Source: Vectrevirus T205P5. From it: DNA of 43,663 nt. The DNA is taken from sequence record OZ035792.1. One strand, written 5' to 3'. The position numbers were made by a program, and so were the translations under genes. How positions within the stretch are numbered: the stretch's first letter is position 1; each line of letters begins with the position of its first letter. Below the pieces are notes generated by a model. That model did no database searches. It worked only from the letters and a program-made list of their open reading frames with translations, and was not told the origin of the DNA. This document shows positions 17,676 through 26,431 of the stretch, in pieces.

Positions 17676-20213
17676 ATTGATTGGAAGAAGGAAGCGGAAG
17701 GGCGGATCCTAGTTATGGACGCCGAAGCAAAAGGCTTGCTTGATGCCATACGCTATGGTCATCGTGAAGATGTGCACATCATTTGCTGCATGGATTTACT
17801 CACCACTGAGGAGTTCCTATTCTTCGACCCATATGAGATGCGTGACCCTGAGGCAAGGGAGCGCCTGAAGGAGTGGGAAGGCCATCAAGACGGAACCTTG
17901 GTTGATGGTGTTAACTTCCTGAAGCATTGTGAAGCTATTGTGTCACAGAACTTCCTAGGGTATGACGGACTTCTCTTTGAGAAAGCATTCCCTGATATTT
18001 GGAAAGGCTTTAACTATACCGAGAAGCGCGGTAAGGGCAGACTCCGTGCTGACCTGTGTCCGGTGCGAGTCATGGATACGCTGGTGATGAGTCGCCTGTT
18101 AAACCCCGATAGACGCCTCCCTCCGCAAGCATATGCCAAAGGTATGGGTAACGTCGCCCCTCACTCAATTGAGGCGCACGGCATCCGTATAGGCCGCTAT
18201 AAACCGGAGAACGAGGACTGGTCTAAACTAACTGACCACATGGTTCACCGTGTACGTGAGGACGTGGCGATTGGTCGTGACTTGTTCCTCTGGCTCTTTA
18301 ACGGGGAATGGATGGAGCACAAACGCCGTGGCGTGAATAAACGCACTGGCCTAGGTATTGAGACAGCCTTCCACATGGAGTCCATTGTGGCGCTGGAGAT
18401 GAGCCGTCAGGCAGAGCGTGGATTCCGTCTGGATATTGACAAAGCTTTGGCCCGATGCGAAGAATTGGACGCTAAGATTGATGAGACAGTCGCAGCGTTC
18501 CGCCCTCACATGCCTATGCGTATCAAGTCTAAACCTTTTAAACCGGAAGAAAAGAATGAAGTATGCCAACGCGCAAATGAGTATGGAGCTAGCAACAATA
18601 TACCTACTGTCCTTGACCCCTCACACTTTCTTCATGCCGAGAGACGAGGAGATCGCAAGACAGTATGGAGTGTCACTACTAAGTCTGGTGATTGGTCGGC
18701 TAGTGTCAAGAAAGACTTTCCTCACCTTAGAGGAAACCGTAATGACACGCCAAGCATCAAGTGGATTGGCGCTTACTCGCCTGTTACTTTCGAAGAGATT
18801 CCCTTGGGTAACAGGGATACAGTTAAGCAAGTGCTCTATGATTATGGATGGAAAGGTGTTGAATTTAACGATACCGAGCAAGCGCATCTCGATGAGTATG
18901 GCGTATTACCAAAACCTTGGAGTGGAAAGATAAATGAAAAGTCTCTTACTTTATGGCAAGAGAGAGCCGCACGTGAAGGTAAAACAGTACCCGATTGGTG
19001 CTTGGGTATCGCTGCATGGTACATACTCGTATCCCGTCGTGGTCAGATACTTAACCGTGGTGACGTTGAAGCCTTCAACGAGAAGGGAACGTGGCCCTCG
19101 CAGGCTGGTGTACGAAAGTGTCGCGGCCTTGTACCTGTAGCATTCAACAAGGAGCTAGGAATCAATGCGCAGCAATACTACGAAAGGTACGGATGCTGGC
19201 CTACGTCAGACAAGGATGACGGGGAGTGGCGTGTTCCAGCTGTTGCTATTAGCATTGGCACTTCTACGTTCCGTATGCGTCATCGTAACGTGGTTAATAT
19301 TCCTGCCCGTGGCTTGTATCCTTTACGTGATTTATTCATAGCAGGTAAAGGCAAGCTAATCCTTGGTTGTGACGGTGCAGGTCTTGAACTGCGCGTCCTG
19401 TCTCACTTCATGAATGACCCTGAGTACCAAGAGATTGTATTGCATGGTGACATCCATACACATAACCAGATGAAGGCTGGTCTTCCTAAGCGTGACATGG
19501 CGAAGACGTTTATATACGCTTTCCTCTATGGCTCTGGTATAGCTAACCTTGCAGCAGTCTGCGGTGTTACTGAGGAAGAAATGAAGGAAGTTGTGGCAAG
19601 ATTCGAGATTGAACTACCGTCTCTTGCACGTCTTCGTGAGAATGTTATCGCACAAGGTAACAAGTTTGGCTACCTGCAAGCACCTGATGGGCATTGGGGT
19701 CGCATCCGCATGTCTGGTGGTGAACTTAAAGAGCACACGATGCTTAACGTATTACTCCAGATGACTGGCTCTTTGTGTATGAAATATGCATTAGTCAAGG
19801 CATTTGCAGTAATGCGCAAGGAAGGTGTAGCTTTGGATGCTATGGGAAATCCTTGTGGTGTGGCTAACGTGCATGATGAAATCCAGATGGAAGTTCCTGA
19901 AGAGGAGGTCTTGTATCTTAACTACGACCTACCTTTCACCTTAGATGGGTTCGAAACAGAGAAGGCTGCCGTGCAAGCAGTGTTCGATGCAGAGGAGAAA
20001 CGTGTTCATGTGGATTCTGAAGGACGTATGTGGTCCGCTGCAAACCTCGTTAGTGTTGATGCTGATGCTGGTGTATTGCATTGCCAGCGCCGTTATCACC
20101 GTGCAGGTCATATCATTGCCGACGCCATGACTTGGGCAGGGCAGTATCTGAAGATGCGTTGCCCGATGGCAGGCGAATATAAGATTGGCGCAAGTTGGAA
20201 GGAAACACACTGA
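17667..20213 (+). CDS. DNA polymerase, family A, with N-terminal 3'-5' exonuclease domain
   Basis: Motif A DGAGLELRVLSHF, motif B RDMAKTFIYAFLYGSG, motif C VHDE; AGAGG RBS before the internal ATG at 17667. Confidence 0.9.
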   Translation: MNTIDWKKEAEGRILVMDAEAKGLLDAIRYGHREDVHIICCMDLLTTEEFLFFDPYEMRDPEARERLKEWEGHQDGTLVDGVNFLKHCEAIVSQNFLGYDGLLFEKAFPDIWKGFNYTEKRGKGRLRADLCPVRVMDTLVMSRLLNPDRRLPPQAYAKGMGNVAPHSIEAHGIRIGRYKPENEDWSKLTDHMVHRVREDVAIGRDLFLWLFNGEWMEHKRRGVNKRTGLGIETAFHMESIVALEMSRQAERGFRLDIDKALARCEELDAKIDETVAAFRPHMPMRIKSKPFKPEEKNEVCQRANEYGASNNIPTVLDPSHFLHAERRGDRKTVWSVTTKSGDWSASVKKDFPHLRGNRNDTPSIKWIGAYSPVTFEEIPLGNRDTVKQVLYDYGWKGVEFNDTEQAHLDEYGVLPKPWSGKINEKSLTLWQERAAREGKTVPDWCLGIAAWYILVSRRGQILNRGDVEAFNEKGTWPSQAGVRKCRGLVPVAFNKELGINAQQYYERYGCWPTSDKDDGEWRVPAVAISIGTSTFRMRHRNVVNIPARGLYPLRDLFIAGKGKLILGCDGAGLELRVLSHFMNDPEYQEIVLHGDIHTHNQMKAGLPKRDMAKTFIYAFLYGSGIANLAAVCGVTEEEMKEVVARFEIELPSLARLRENVIAQGNKFGYLQAPDGHWGRIRMSGGELKEHTMLNVLLQMTGSLCMKYALVKAFAVMRKEGVALDAMGNPCGVANVHDEIQMEVPEEEVLYLNYDLPFTLDGFETEKAAVQAVFDAEEKRVHVDSEGRMWSAANLVSVDADAGVLHCQRRYHRAGHIIADAMTWAGQYLKMRCPMAGEYKIGASWKETH

Positions 20214-20329
20214 TGGATAGGCTTGACATTGTTTACCTATTCTTCACTTTCTTTCTTACACTCCTTATGCTTGCTTGTTATGGGAGTATGAGACTAGATA
20301 TACCTGATGAAGAAGAGGGTTACGACTAA
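20213..20329 (+). CDS. Small membrane protein (38 aa), hypothetical
   Basis: ATG overlaps the polymerase stop; hydrophobic VYLFFTFFLTLLMLACYG. Confidence 0.3.
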   Translation: MDRLDIVYLFFTFFLTLLMLACYGSMRLDIPDEEEGYD

Positions 20330-20427
20330 TGCAAACTGCTTTTATTATTCTTGGTATCATATTATTTATGGTAGTATTCTGGGCTTTCTCTGGCATTGAC
20401 CCAGATTGTGATGGTAACTACGACTGA
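20329..20427 (+). CDS. Small membrane protein (32 aa), hypothetical
   Basis: Start overlaps the upstream stop; hydrophobic FIILGIILFMVVFWAF. Confidence 0.25.
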   Translation: MQTAFIILGIILFMVVFWAFSGIDPDCDGNYD

Positions 20428-20486
20428 GTTATACTCAAGGTCACTTACGAGTGGCCTTTATGAATAACTTAACTGGAGGAAATATA

Positions 20487-21044
20487 ATGGATGAACTGAA
20501 CACTAAGATGCTCAAGAAAGTTTATAATCTTGTATATAGTATCACGGGCCTACAATTCTACCCTGTAGGCGGTGCGGTTCGTGACACCCTGTACGGATTA
20601 ACACCTAAAGACTATGATATGGTGTTGCCTGTAGGGTCTATGGCAGATTCTCAGGCGCACGAAATCATGGAAAATATCTCTGAAGAGATGGCAATTATGG
20701 GATTTAGTACCAAACTCTACCAATCATACGGTATCAATTTAGGTTATGAAATCAACCCTACCTCTTTTCAGGCTATGTTCCTTAGCTGCATGAAAGTGCA
20801 GATGCGTAATTGCCAACTTGATTTGCTTCTTTCTAAGGCTGAAACCATCCAAGATCATGTACGTAAGCACGATTGCAATATGAATATGGTGTGGTTCGAT
20901 GGTAAAGATATCAAGTGGGAGCACGGCGGTGTTACTCCTTTCGTTCCTGTGTTAGAGTTCAACCCTGACGGATGTGATCGTCGCATTGCTTACATGGACA
21001 AGAAGCGCCATGAACTTATCCGTCACAAATTAATGCATCTTTGA
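20487..21044 (+). CDS. Nucleotidyltransferase, CCA-adding/poly(A) polymerase head-domain family (pol beta superfamily)
   Basis: YPVGGAVRDTLYGLTPKDYDMVL matches the catalytic head motif of class II tRNA nucleotidyltransferases (E. coli CCA: [23 protein letters not shown]); only about 185 aa, so head domain only; GGAGGA RBS before the internal ATG. Confidence 0.6.
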   Translation: MDELNTKMLKKVYNLVYSITGLQFYPVGGAVRDTLYGLTPKDYDMVLPVGSMADSQAHEIMENISEEMAIMGFSTKLYQSYGINLGYEINPTSFQAMFLSCMKVQMRNCQLDLLLSKAETIQDHVRKHDCNMNMVWFDGKDIKWEHGGVTPFVPVLEFNPDGCDRRIAYMDKKRHELIRHKLMHL

Positions 21045-21068
21045 TTTACCGGACACTATAGAAGGAAG
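21043..21068 (+). promoter_or_regulatory. SP6-type phage RNAP promoter
   Basis: GATTTACCGGACACTATAGAAGGAAG; followed by an AT-rich TAGGT-repeat leader. Confidence 0.8.
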
Positions 21069-21130
21069 TCCTAGGTAATCTAGGTTTATAAGGTAGTATA
21101 GGTAATTAAGTAAATATAGGAGATATAAAC

Positions 21131-21508
21131 ATGTCTATGGTAACTACTCTGGTATTTGTAGCTCAATACTTTCGTGGTCTGGCTAATAAGTTCAAGTCCA
21201 AGGCTATCAAAGCTATTGAGTCTCGCATCGAGGCAGTACAGGCAGAGCAAGTTAAAGTTGAAGAACATCGTAGTTCTCAAATGATTGACTGCCATAACCG
21301 CTACTATGCATCTCGTGATGACCTTAATGCACGCCAAGTCAAAGAGGTTGAAGAGATGCTGGCACGTCACCAGCAAGAGCGCGACAGCCTGAAAGCTGAA
21401 TTTGAAGAGAACAAGGCATCCATCGCCCTTGTACATCAAGCCGCATCTGACAACCTGAAGAAAGAGATTGTTATGCTGGAAATTGAGTTAGACAACCTGA
21501 CCAAATAA
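21131..21508 (+). CDS. Hypothetical coiled-coil protein (125 aa)
   Basis: AGGAGA RBS; heptad-like charged sequence. Confidence 0.55.
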   Translation: MSMVTTLVFVAQYFRGLANKFKSKAIKAIESRIEAVQAEQVKVEEHRSSQMIDCHNRYYASRDDLNARQVKEVEEMLARHQQERDSLKAEFEENKASIALVHQAASDNLKKEIVMLEIELDNLTK

Positions 21509-21530
21509 TTACTGGACACTATAGAACAAT
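21507..21530 (+). promoter_or_regulatory. SP6-type phage RNAP promoter (TATAGAAC variant)
   Basis: AATTACTGGACACTATAGAACAAT. Confidence 0.7.
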
Positions 21531-21585
21531 AGGTCGGCTTAGTTCGGCCTATGATTGTGTAGTGTAACAATAGGAGACTAAATAA

Positions 21586-22392
21586 ATGGCACGTGGTGAT
21601 TTTGATTTTGGTGCTCAGGTTACTAAAGCTGAAGGTAAGGTTTTTAAGAACCCTGAAGTTGGTGATCATGAAGCAGTAATCTCTGGCATCATTCATGTGG
21701 GTTCCTTCCAAGATATCTTTAAGAAAGGTAATACCACTGAAGTTAAGAAGCCAGCAAACTTTGTTCTTGTTAAGATTGTACTGATGGGTGACGATGACAA
21801 GAACGAAGATGATTCTCGCATGGAACAGTGGATGGCTGTGCCTCTTAAGTCTGGTGACAAGGCAACCTTGACTAAGTTCCTGAATGCAGTTGACCCTAAA
21901 GAGCTGCTTGGTGGTTTCGATGACTTCATCGGTGAATGCCTGACTGCAACTATGGTTGGCTCTGGAGACAAGAATGATGATGGTACTTTCAAGTATGTTA
22001 ACTGGAAAGGCTTTGGCGGTATGCCTGATAAGTTGAAGAAGCTTGTACTGGCTCAGGTAGAAGAGGAAGGTCTGTCTATGACAGGTCATATCACCTTCGA
22101 CAAGCTGACCAAAGAAATCCTTGATGACATCCCAGCTAACTTGGTGCGTCAATACTTCCTTAATGAAACACCTCGTGGTAAGAACCTGTCTGTTGCTGGT
22201 TCTCACGTAGAAGCAATCATTAAAGCTGCTCGTGAAGAAGACCCAGAATGGAAGAAGGCTAAGAAGAAAGATGACGAGGATGCTACTCCAGCTAATCGTA
22301 AATCTCTGGATACTGGTGAGTCTGTTCCACAGGAAGTACCTGAAGCAGAAGACACTCCTGCACCGGAGATGGATGAGGACGCGGAATATTAA
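21586..22392 (+). CDS. Acidic-tailed protein (268 aa), possible single-stranded DNA-binding protein
   Basis: High-expression codon usage; C-terminal acidic tail ending EMDEDAEY, like the polymerase-docking tails of T7 gp2.5 and gp4; no direct sequence match recognised. Confidence 0.4.
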   Translation: MARGDFDFGAQVTKAEGKVFKNPEVGDHEAVISGIIHVGSFQDIFKKGNTTEVKKPANFVLVKIVLMGDDDKNEDDSRMEQWMAVPLKSGDKATLTKFLNAVDPKELLGGFDDFIGECLTATMVGSGDKNDDGTFKYVNWKGFGGMPDKLKKLVLAQVEEEGLSMTGHITFDKLTKEILDDIPANLVRQYFLNETPRGKNLSVAGSHVEAIIKAAREEDPEWKKAKKKDDEDATPANRKSLDTGESVPQEVPEAEDTPAPEMDEDAEY

Positions 22393-22401
22393 GGAGAAAG
22401 G

Positions 22402-22620
22402 ATGAAAGTACAAATCGTAACCCTGCACTGCAAGAAAGGTATCACAACGCTCGGAGGTGGCACTTTCCACTCTTTCTCCGAAGGGGAGATTTATGCTGAC
22501 CTGCACTACATCTGGCGCGACGGACAGCACGTGGTGAACTACAGCGACCCAGCTACGGGGAAACGCCACGGCGTATCGCTTCCGGCGCATGACATTGCTC
22601 AGGTGAACACAGTTTTATAA
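22402..22620 (+). CDS. Hypothetical protein (72 aa)
   Basis: AAGGAGA RBS; ORF-track ORF. Confidence 0.5.
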   Translation: MKVQIVTLHCKKGITTLGGGTFHSFSEGEIYADLHYIWRDGQHVVNYSDPATGKRHGVSLPAHDIAQVNTVL

Positions 22621-22621
22621 A

Positions 22622-22637
22622 GTCTCACGTGTGAGAC
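22622..22637 (+). repeat. Conserved palindrome GTCTCAC-GT-GTGAGAC, copy 5 of 6
   Basis: Exact arms; directly after a stop codon and 15 nt upstream of a strong promoter. Confidence 0.8.
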
Positions 22638-22652
22638 AAATCGGTGTCCGGT

Positions 22653-22676
22653 ATTTACTGGACACTATAGAAGAGA
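22653..22676 (+). promoter_or_regulatory. SP6-type phage RNAP promoter (consensus)
   Basis: TATTTACTGGACACTATAGAAGAG. Confidence 0.85.
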
Positions 22677-22725
22677 AGAATTTTAATCGGCGATAATGCC
22701 ATAACCAACAAAAGGAGAATTTAAT

Positions 22726-23097
22726 ATGTTCAAGATTGAAACTATCGTAAACCGTGTTGTTAAAGGTGCTGCTCTGGTATCCGTTGAGTCTTTCATTATC
22801 GTCGATGAAGCTGATCAACTGGTAGCTGGTACTAAGGCTTACGATACCCGTGAAGAGGCTCAGGCTAAGATTGACAGCATGGGTAACTTCGCTGCTGGTC
22901 TGGAGTTCGCTCGTGCTTGCTTCCCTGAGCAGGCTGACAAAGCTCAGATTGGTAAGGCTAATATCGTAGCTGAATATCTGGATTGGGTTGCTGCTGGTAA
23001 ACCAGTGAAAGAAGTTAAGGCTGCTGAAGAAGCTGAAGCTCCAGCAGAAGAAGTAGCTGCACCGGAAACTCCGGTAAGCGAAGAGGAAGAATTTTGA
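22726..23097 (+). CDS. Highly expressed small acidic-tail protein (123 aa), unknown function
   Basis: AAGGAG RBS; strong codon bias; own consensus promoter upstream and terminator downstream; C-terminus ends VSEEEEF. Confidence 0.65.
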   Translation: MFKIETIVNRVVKGAALVSVESFIIVDEADQLVAGTKAYDTREEAQAKIDSMGNFAAGLEFARACFPEQADKAQIGKANIVAEYLDWVAAGKPVKEVKAAEEAEAPAEEVAAPETPVSEEEEF

Positions 23098-23156
23098 TAA
23101 TAGCAGGTGTTGCCTCTGTTAGTCCTGGTTGACTATCACGCTCACCTCATCTAATG

Positions 23157-23190
23157 CCCTGTCTGCCTTAGTGTAGGCAGGGTCTTTTGC
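23157..23190 (+). terminator. Tphi-like terminator hairpin with U-tract
   Basis: CCCTGTCT...AGGCAGGG stem followed by TCTTTTG; paralogous in sequence to the terminator after the capsid gene. Confidence 0.55.
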
Positions 23191-23214
23191 GTAATAGTTA
23201 TTGGAGAATGAATT

Positions 23215-23454
23215 ATGCCGACTATTGAAGAACGTATCGTTTTGGACACTTACTTTGACTATAAGACCCTTATGCATGTCGGAGTTGCGTATGACTTTAA
23301 TAGCCATGAGGTGTATGTAAGGGTGGAGCAAAGAGATAAATCTCGCCTCATGCAGAACTTATACGAGAAAGTGTCCTCCTTAATGAAGGGGTGGCCTACA
23401 TGTCAAGACCAAACTTCAACTTCGGAGCTACAGTCTCGGAGGACAGCAATTTAA
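23215..23454 (+). CDS. Hypothetical protein (79 aa)
   Basis: GGAGAA RBS; its 3' end overlaps the exonuclease start in another frame. Confidence 0.3.
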   Translation: MPTIEERIVLDTYFDYKTLMHVGVAYDFNSHEVYVRVEQRDKSRLMQNLYEKVSSLMKGWPTCQDQTSTSELQSRRTAI

Positions 23455-24431
23455 TATTGTGGCCGACTGAGGGTAATCGAATCGCTTTAATAGATGCCGA
23501 TATGTTACCTTACATCGTCGGGTATACAATCAGTGACATGACTTATGTACGAGCCACAACTCGTGTTAAGTCAGGACAAGTCCCATCAATCAAAGATACC
23601 CCTGAGTGTAAGCAAGCGTGTGACCGTGTGAACTCCTTGCTTAACTCTTGGGTGTATGCAGCAGAGTGTGATGCAGCTAAGTTATTCATGACGAAATCAG
23701 AAGCTAACTTCCGTGTTCGCCTAGCCTTCACCAAGCCTTATAAAGGTCAACGTAAGACCGAGAAGCCTCCGTTCTTCTATGAATTGCGAGAGCATCTCTT
23801 AGAGGTTCATGGTGCAATCTTGGCAGATGGAGAAGAGGCTGATGACCTCATGAGCATTGCACAATGGGACAGCCACCGCCGCTTCCAGCAAGATACAGGT
23901 AACGAGTTCCCTATCGGTAGTCCAGAGCATAAAGCATTCTCTGATACTTGCATCGTTTCCTTGGATAAGGATTTGATGATTGTTCCCGGTTGGCACCTTC
24001 AGCCGGGACAAGAGAAGAAATGGGTAGAGCCTATGGGTTGGCTTGAGTTACGCCGTAAGGCTAATGGTCAGGTTAAAGACCTTAAAGGTGCTGGCCTCAT
24101 GTTTCATTATGCACAGATGATTATCGGTGATGATATTGATAACTATGCTGGCATACCTGGACGTGGTGCTAAATACGCCTATGACCTTCTCAAAGATTGT
24201 AAGACAGAGAAAGAGTTGTACATGGCAGTGCTTGGTGCTTACAAGGCTAAGTTCGGACATGGACAAGTTAAGATTAAGAATTACCGAGGTGGTTATCGTA
24301 TCGGCAAGGCTTTTGACCTGATGCTCGAATGTGGTCGCCTAGCTCACATGGCAAGATTCAAAGGTGATATATGGCGAGCCGATAAGAACCCAATCTTGTG
24401 GGGAGATGATGCGGAATGGTTAGTAAATTAA
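23400..24431 (+). CDS. 5'-3' exonuclease (T7 gp6-like, FEN family)
   Basis: LIDADMLPYIVGY and GEEADDLMSI acidic metal-binding clusters typical of FEN/T7 gp6 exonucleases; start could instead be the GTG at 23391. Confidence 0.8.
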   Translation: MSRPNFNFGATVSEDSNLILWPTEGNRIALIDADMLPYIVGYTISDMTYVRATTRVKSGQVPSIKDTPECKQACDRVNSLLNSWVYAAECDAAKLFMTKSEANFRVRLAFTKPYKGQRKTEKPPFFYELREHLLEVHGAILADGEEADDLMSIAQWDSHRRFQQDTGNEFPIGSPEHKAFSDTCIVSLDKDLMIVPGWHLQPGQEKKWVEPMGWLELRRKANGQVKDLKGAGLMFHYAQMIIGDDIDNYAGIPGRGAKYAYDLLKDCKTEKELYMAVLGAYKAKFGHGQVKIKNYRGGYRIGKAFDLMLECGRLAHMARFKGDIWRADKNPILWGDDAEWLVN

Positions 24432-24826
24432 AATCATCGGAGGTAGCAGCTTATAAGAGGGAATTGCTAGAGAAGCAAGGATGGAAGTGCCCCCTATGTG
24501 GCGGCAGTCTCAAGGCTGTTACTCCTATAAACCGTGTACTTGACCATGACCATGAGACAGGATTCTGCCGCGCTGTTGTATGTCGAGGTTGCAATGGTGC
24601 AGAAGGAAAGATTAAGGGTGTTATCTCTGGTTATGGTAAGGCTGGTAACAACCGTTACTTTCAGCTTCAATGGTTAGAGCGACTATATGAATACTGGAAG
24701 TTACATAGTACGCCTCAGACAGATAAGTTATATCACAAACATCAAACGGAGGCAGAGAAGCGCGAGGCTAAGAACCGTAAGGCACGCCTTGCTTATGCAA
24801 GAAAGAAGGAGGTTAAAGTTGGGTAA
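24416..24826 (+). CDS. Endonuclease VII-type Holliday junction resolvase
   Basis: CPLCGG...LDHDHETG...CRGCNGAEG...WLERLYEY matches T4 endonuclease VII (CLICQ...LDHDHE...CNLCNAAEG...WLENL) as recalled. Confidence 0.85.
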   Translation: MVSKLKSSEVAAYKRELLEKQGWKCPLCGGSLKAVTPINRVLDHDHETGFCRAVVCRGCNGAEGKIKGVISGYGKAGNNRYFQLQWLERLYEYWKLHSTPQTDKLYHKHQTEAEKREAKNRKARLAYARKKEVKVG

Positions 24827-25826
24827 GCTTCGCAGCTTGTACAAAGACTCCGAGGTACTTGATGCAATCGAGCAAGCTACCGACGAGAAAGGTAATGTTA
24901 ATTACAATGAGATGGCACGTGTATTATCGTGTCACCCTGTGGGTAAGAAGATTACCCGCCAGTTGGCTCGATACTGGCATGGTCAATTCAAGAAGACCAA
25001 GAAGAATGGTGATTATTACCAGACCCTTCTGCAAGAAGATAAGCGTATCAAAGAAGAGCGTAAGCTCAGGACTCCTGACCGCTACGAGGATTTGGCTATT
25101 GTTCCATTGCCTGACTCGCCTCATCGAAGTGTACTGGTGATACCTGATACTCATGCACCTTATGAGCACCCAGATACCCTAGAGTTCCTTGCAGCCGTGG
25201 CAGCACGTTACCGTCCAGACACAGTGGTACACCTAGGAGATGAGGCAGACAAACATGCCTTGTCATTCCACGATTCGGACCCAAATCTGGATAGTGCTGG
25301 CATGGAGTTAGAGAAGGCTCGTATCTTCATGCACAAATTGCACAAGATGTTCCCTGTGATGCGCCTGTGTCACTCCAACCACGGCTCTATGCACTTCCGT
25401 AAGGCAAGCGCCAAGGGCATCCCTGTGCAATACCTGCGCACCTACCGTGAAGTTTTCTTCCCGCAGGGAGGTGGCGACCAGTGGGATTGGCAGCATACGC
25501 ACGTCCTTGAGTTGCCGAATGGTGAACAAGTGGCATTCAAGCATCAACCTGCTGGCTCTGTCCTAGCAGATGCAGCGCATGAGCGTATGAACCTGGTGTG
25601 TGGTCACTTGCACGGTAAGATGTCTGTGGAGTACGCACGTAATACACATGAACAGTATTGGGCTGTGCAGGGTGGCTGCTTAATTGATGAGTCATCCCGT
25701 GCATTTGCCTATGGGCGTGAGTCTAAATACAAGCCAGCATTAGGTTGTGTGGTTATTCTGGAAGGTGTGCCTCATATTGTCCCGATGCAAACCAATAGCG
25801 ACAACCGTTGGATTGGCAAGATTTAG
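24819..25826 (+). CDS. Calcineurin-like metallophosphoesterase (Ser/Thr phosphatase family)
   Basis: Motifs PDTHAP, HLGDEADKH, SNHG, GHLHG; probable TTG start 6 nt after AGGAGG, overlapping the endonuclease VII stop. The start is uncertain; internal ATGs exist. Confidence 0.75.
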   Translation: MGKLRSLYKDSEVLDAIEQATDEKGNVNYNEMARVLSCHPVGKKITRQLARYWHGQFKKTKKNGDYYQTLLQEDKRIKEERKLRTPDRYEDLAIVPLPDSPHRSVLVIPDTHAPYEHPDTLEFLAAVAARYRPDTVVHLGDEADKHALSFHDSDPNLDSAGMELEKARIFMHKLHKMFPVMRLCHSNHGSMHFRKASAKGIPVQYLRTYREVFFPQGGGDQWDWQHTHVLELPNGEQVAFKHQPAGSVLADAAHERMNLVCGHLHGKMSVEYARNTHEQYWAVQGGCLIDESSRAFAYGRESKYKPALGCVVILEGVPHIVPMQTNSDNRWIGKI

Positions 25827-25846
25827 TTGACACTATAGAACAAAGG
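25821..25846 (+). promoter_or_regulatory. SP6-type phage RNAP promoter (ATTTAGTTGACACTATAGAAC)
   Basis: ATTTAGTTGACACTATAGAACAAAGG, close to the canonical SP6 promoter ATTTAGGTGACACTATAGAAG. Confidence 0.75.
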
Positions 25847-25926
25847 GCTAGGTAAGACTTTATCGGCTGGCGTATCCAAATGATATTGCACTAGCCCTTG
25901 ATTGTATAGTGAATGGAGGATTCAAT

Positions 25927-26430
25927 ATGTCACACTATGAATGTAAGAAGTGTCATAAGCGTTATGATTACTGTACTTGTGGTCAAGAGAAAACATCTTT
26001 TAAAGTTGGAGACAAGGTATTTCGTAATGAAAAAGATTCTATTCCTTGGAATCAATACTGCAAAGAAGCTGGTATTGACCCTGATAGCCCTGTAACCATA
26101 GATGATATTGATGGCATTAACTTGTGCTTTCGTGAGGTGAGGGGTACAGGTTGGGATTCCAAAAAATTCAAACTTGCATCTGATAAGTTAGACAACAATA
26201 TGGTAACTCAGCCTAAGCACTACGAGTTCTTTGATGGTGTAGAGGCAATCACTATCATTGCCCGCAGTATGACTGAAAAGCAATTCGCTGGGTACTGCAT
26301 GGGTAATGCCCTTAAGTATCGCCTGCGTGCAGGTAAGAAGTTCAATACTGAAGAAGACTTGAAGAAGGCAGACTATTATAAAGAGTTATTCCAGAAGCAT
26401 CGTCACGAATGTATTGATGAGGATATTTAA
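25927..26430 (+). CDS. Hypothetical protein with N-terminal zinc-ribbon-like CxxC...CxC
   Basis: GGAGGA RBS; YECKKCHKRYDYCTCG motif. Confidence 0.55.
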   Translation: MSHYECKKCHKRYDYCTCGQEKTSFKVGDKVFRNEKDSIPWNQYCKEAGIDPDSPVTIDDIDGINLCFREVRGTGWDSKKFKLASDKLDNNMVTQPKHYEFFDGVEAITIIARSMTEKQFAGYCMGNALKYRLRAGKKFNTEEDLKKADYYKELFQKHRHECIDEDI

Positions 26431-26431
26431 T

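Noticed and set aside
21436-22590. Long minus-strand ORF (384 aa) opposite the 268-aa and 72-aa genes
   Set aside because: It lies antisense to well-supported + strand genes with RBSs and promoters, has a low-complexity Phe/Ser/Leu-rich translation, no RBS and no homology; every other gene in the genome is on the + strand.
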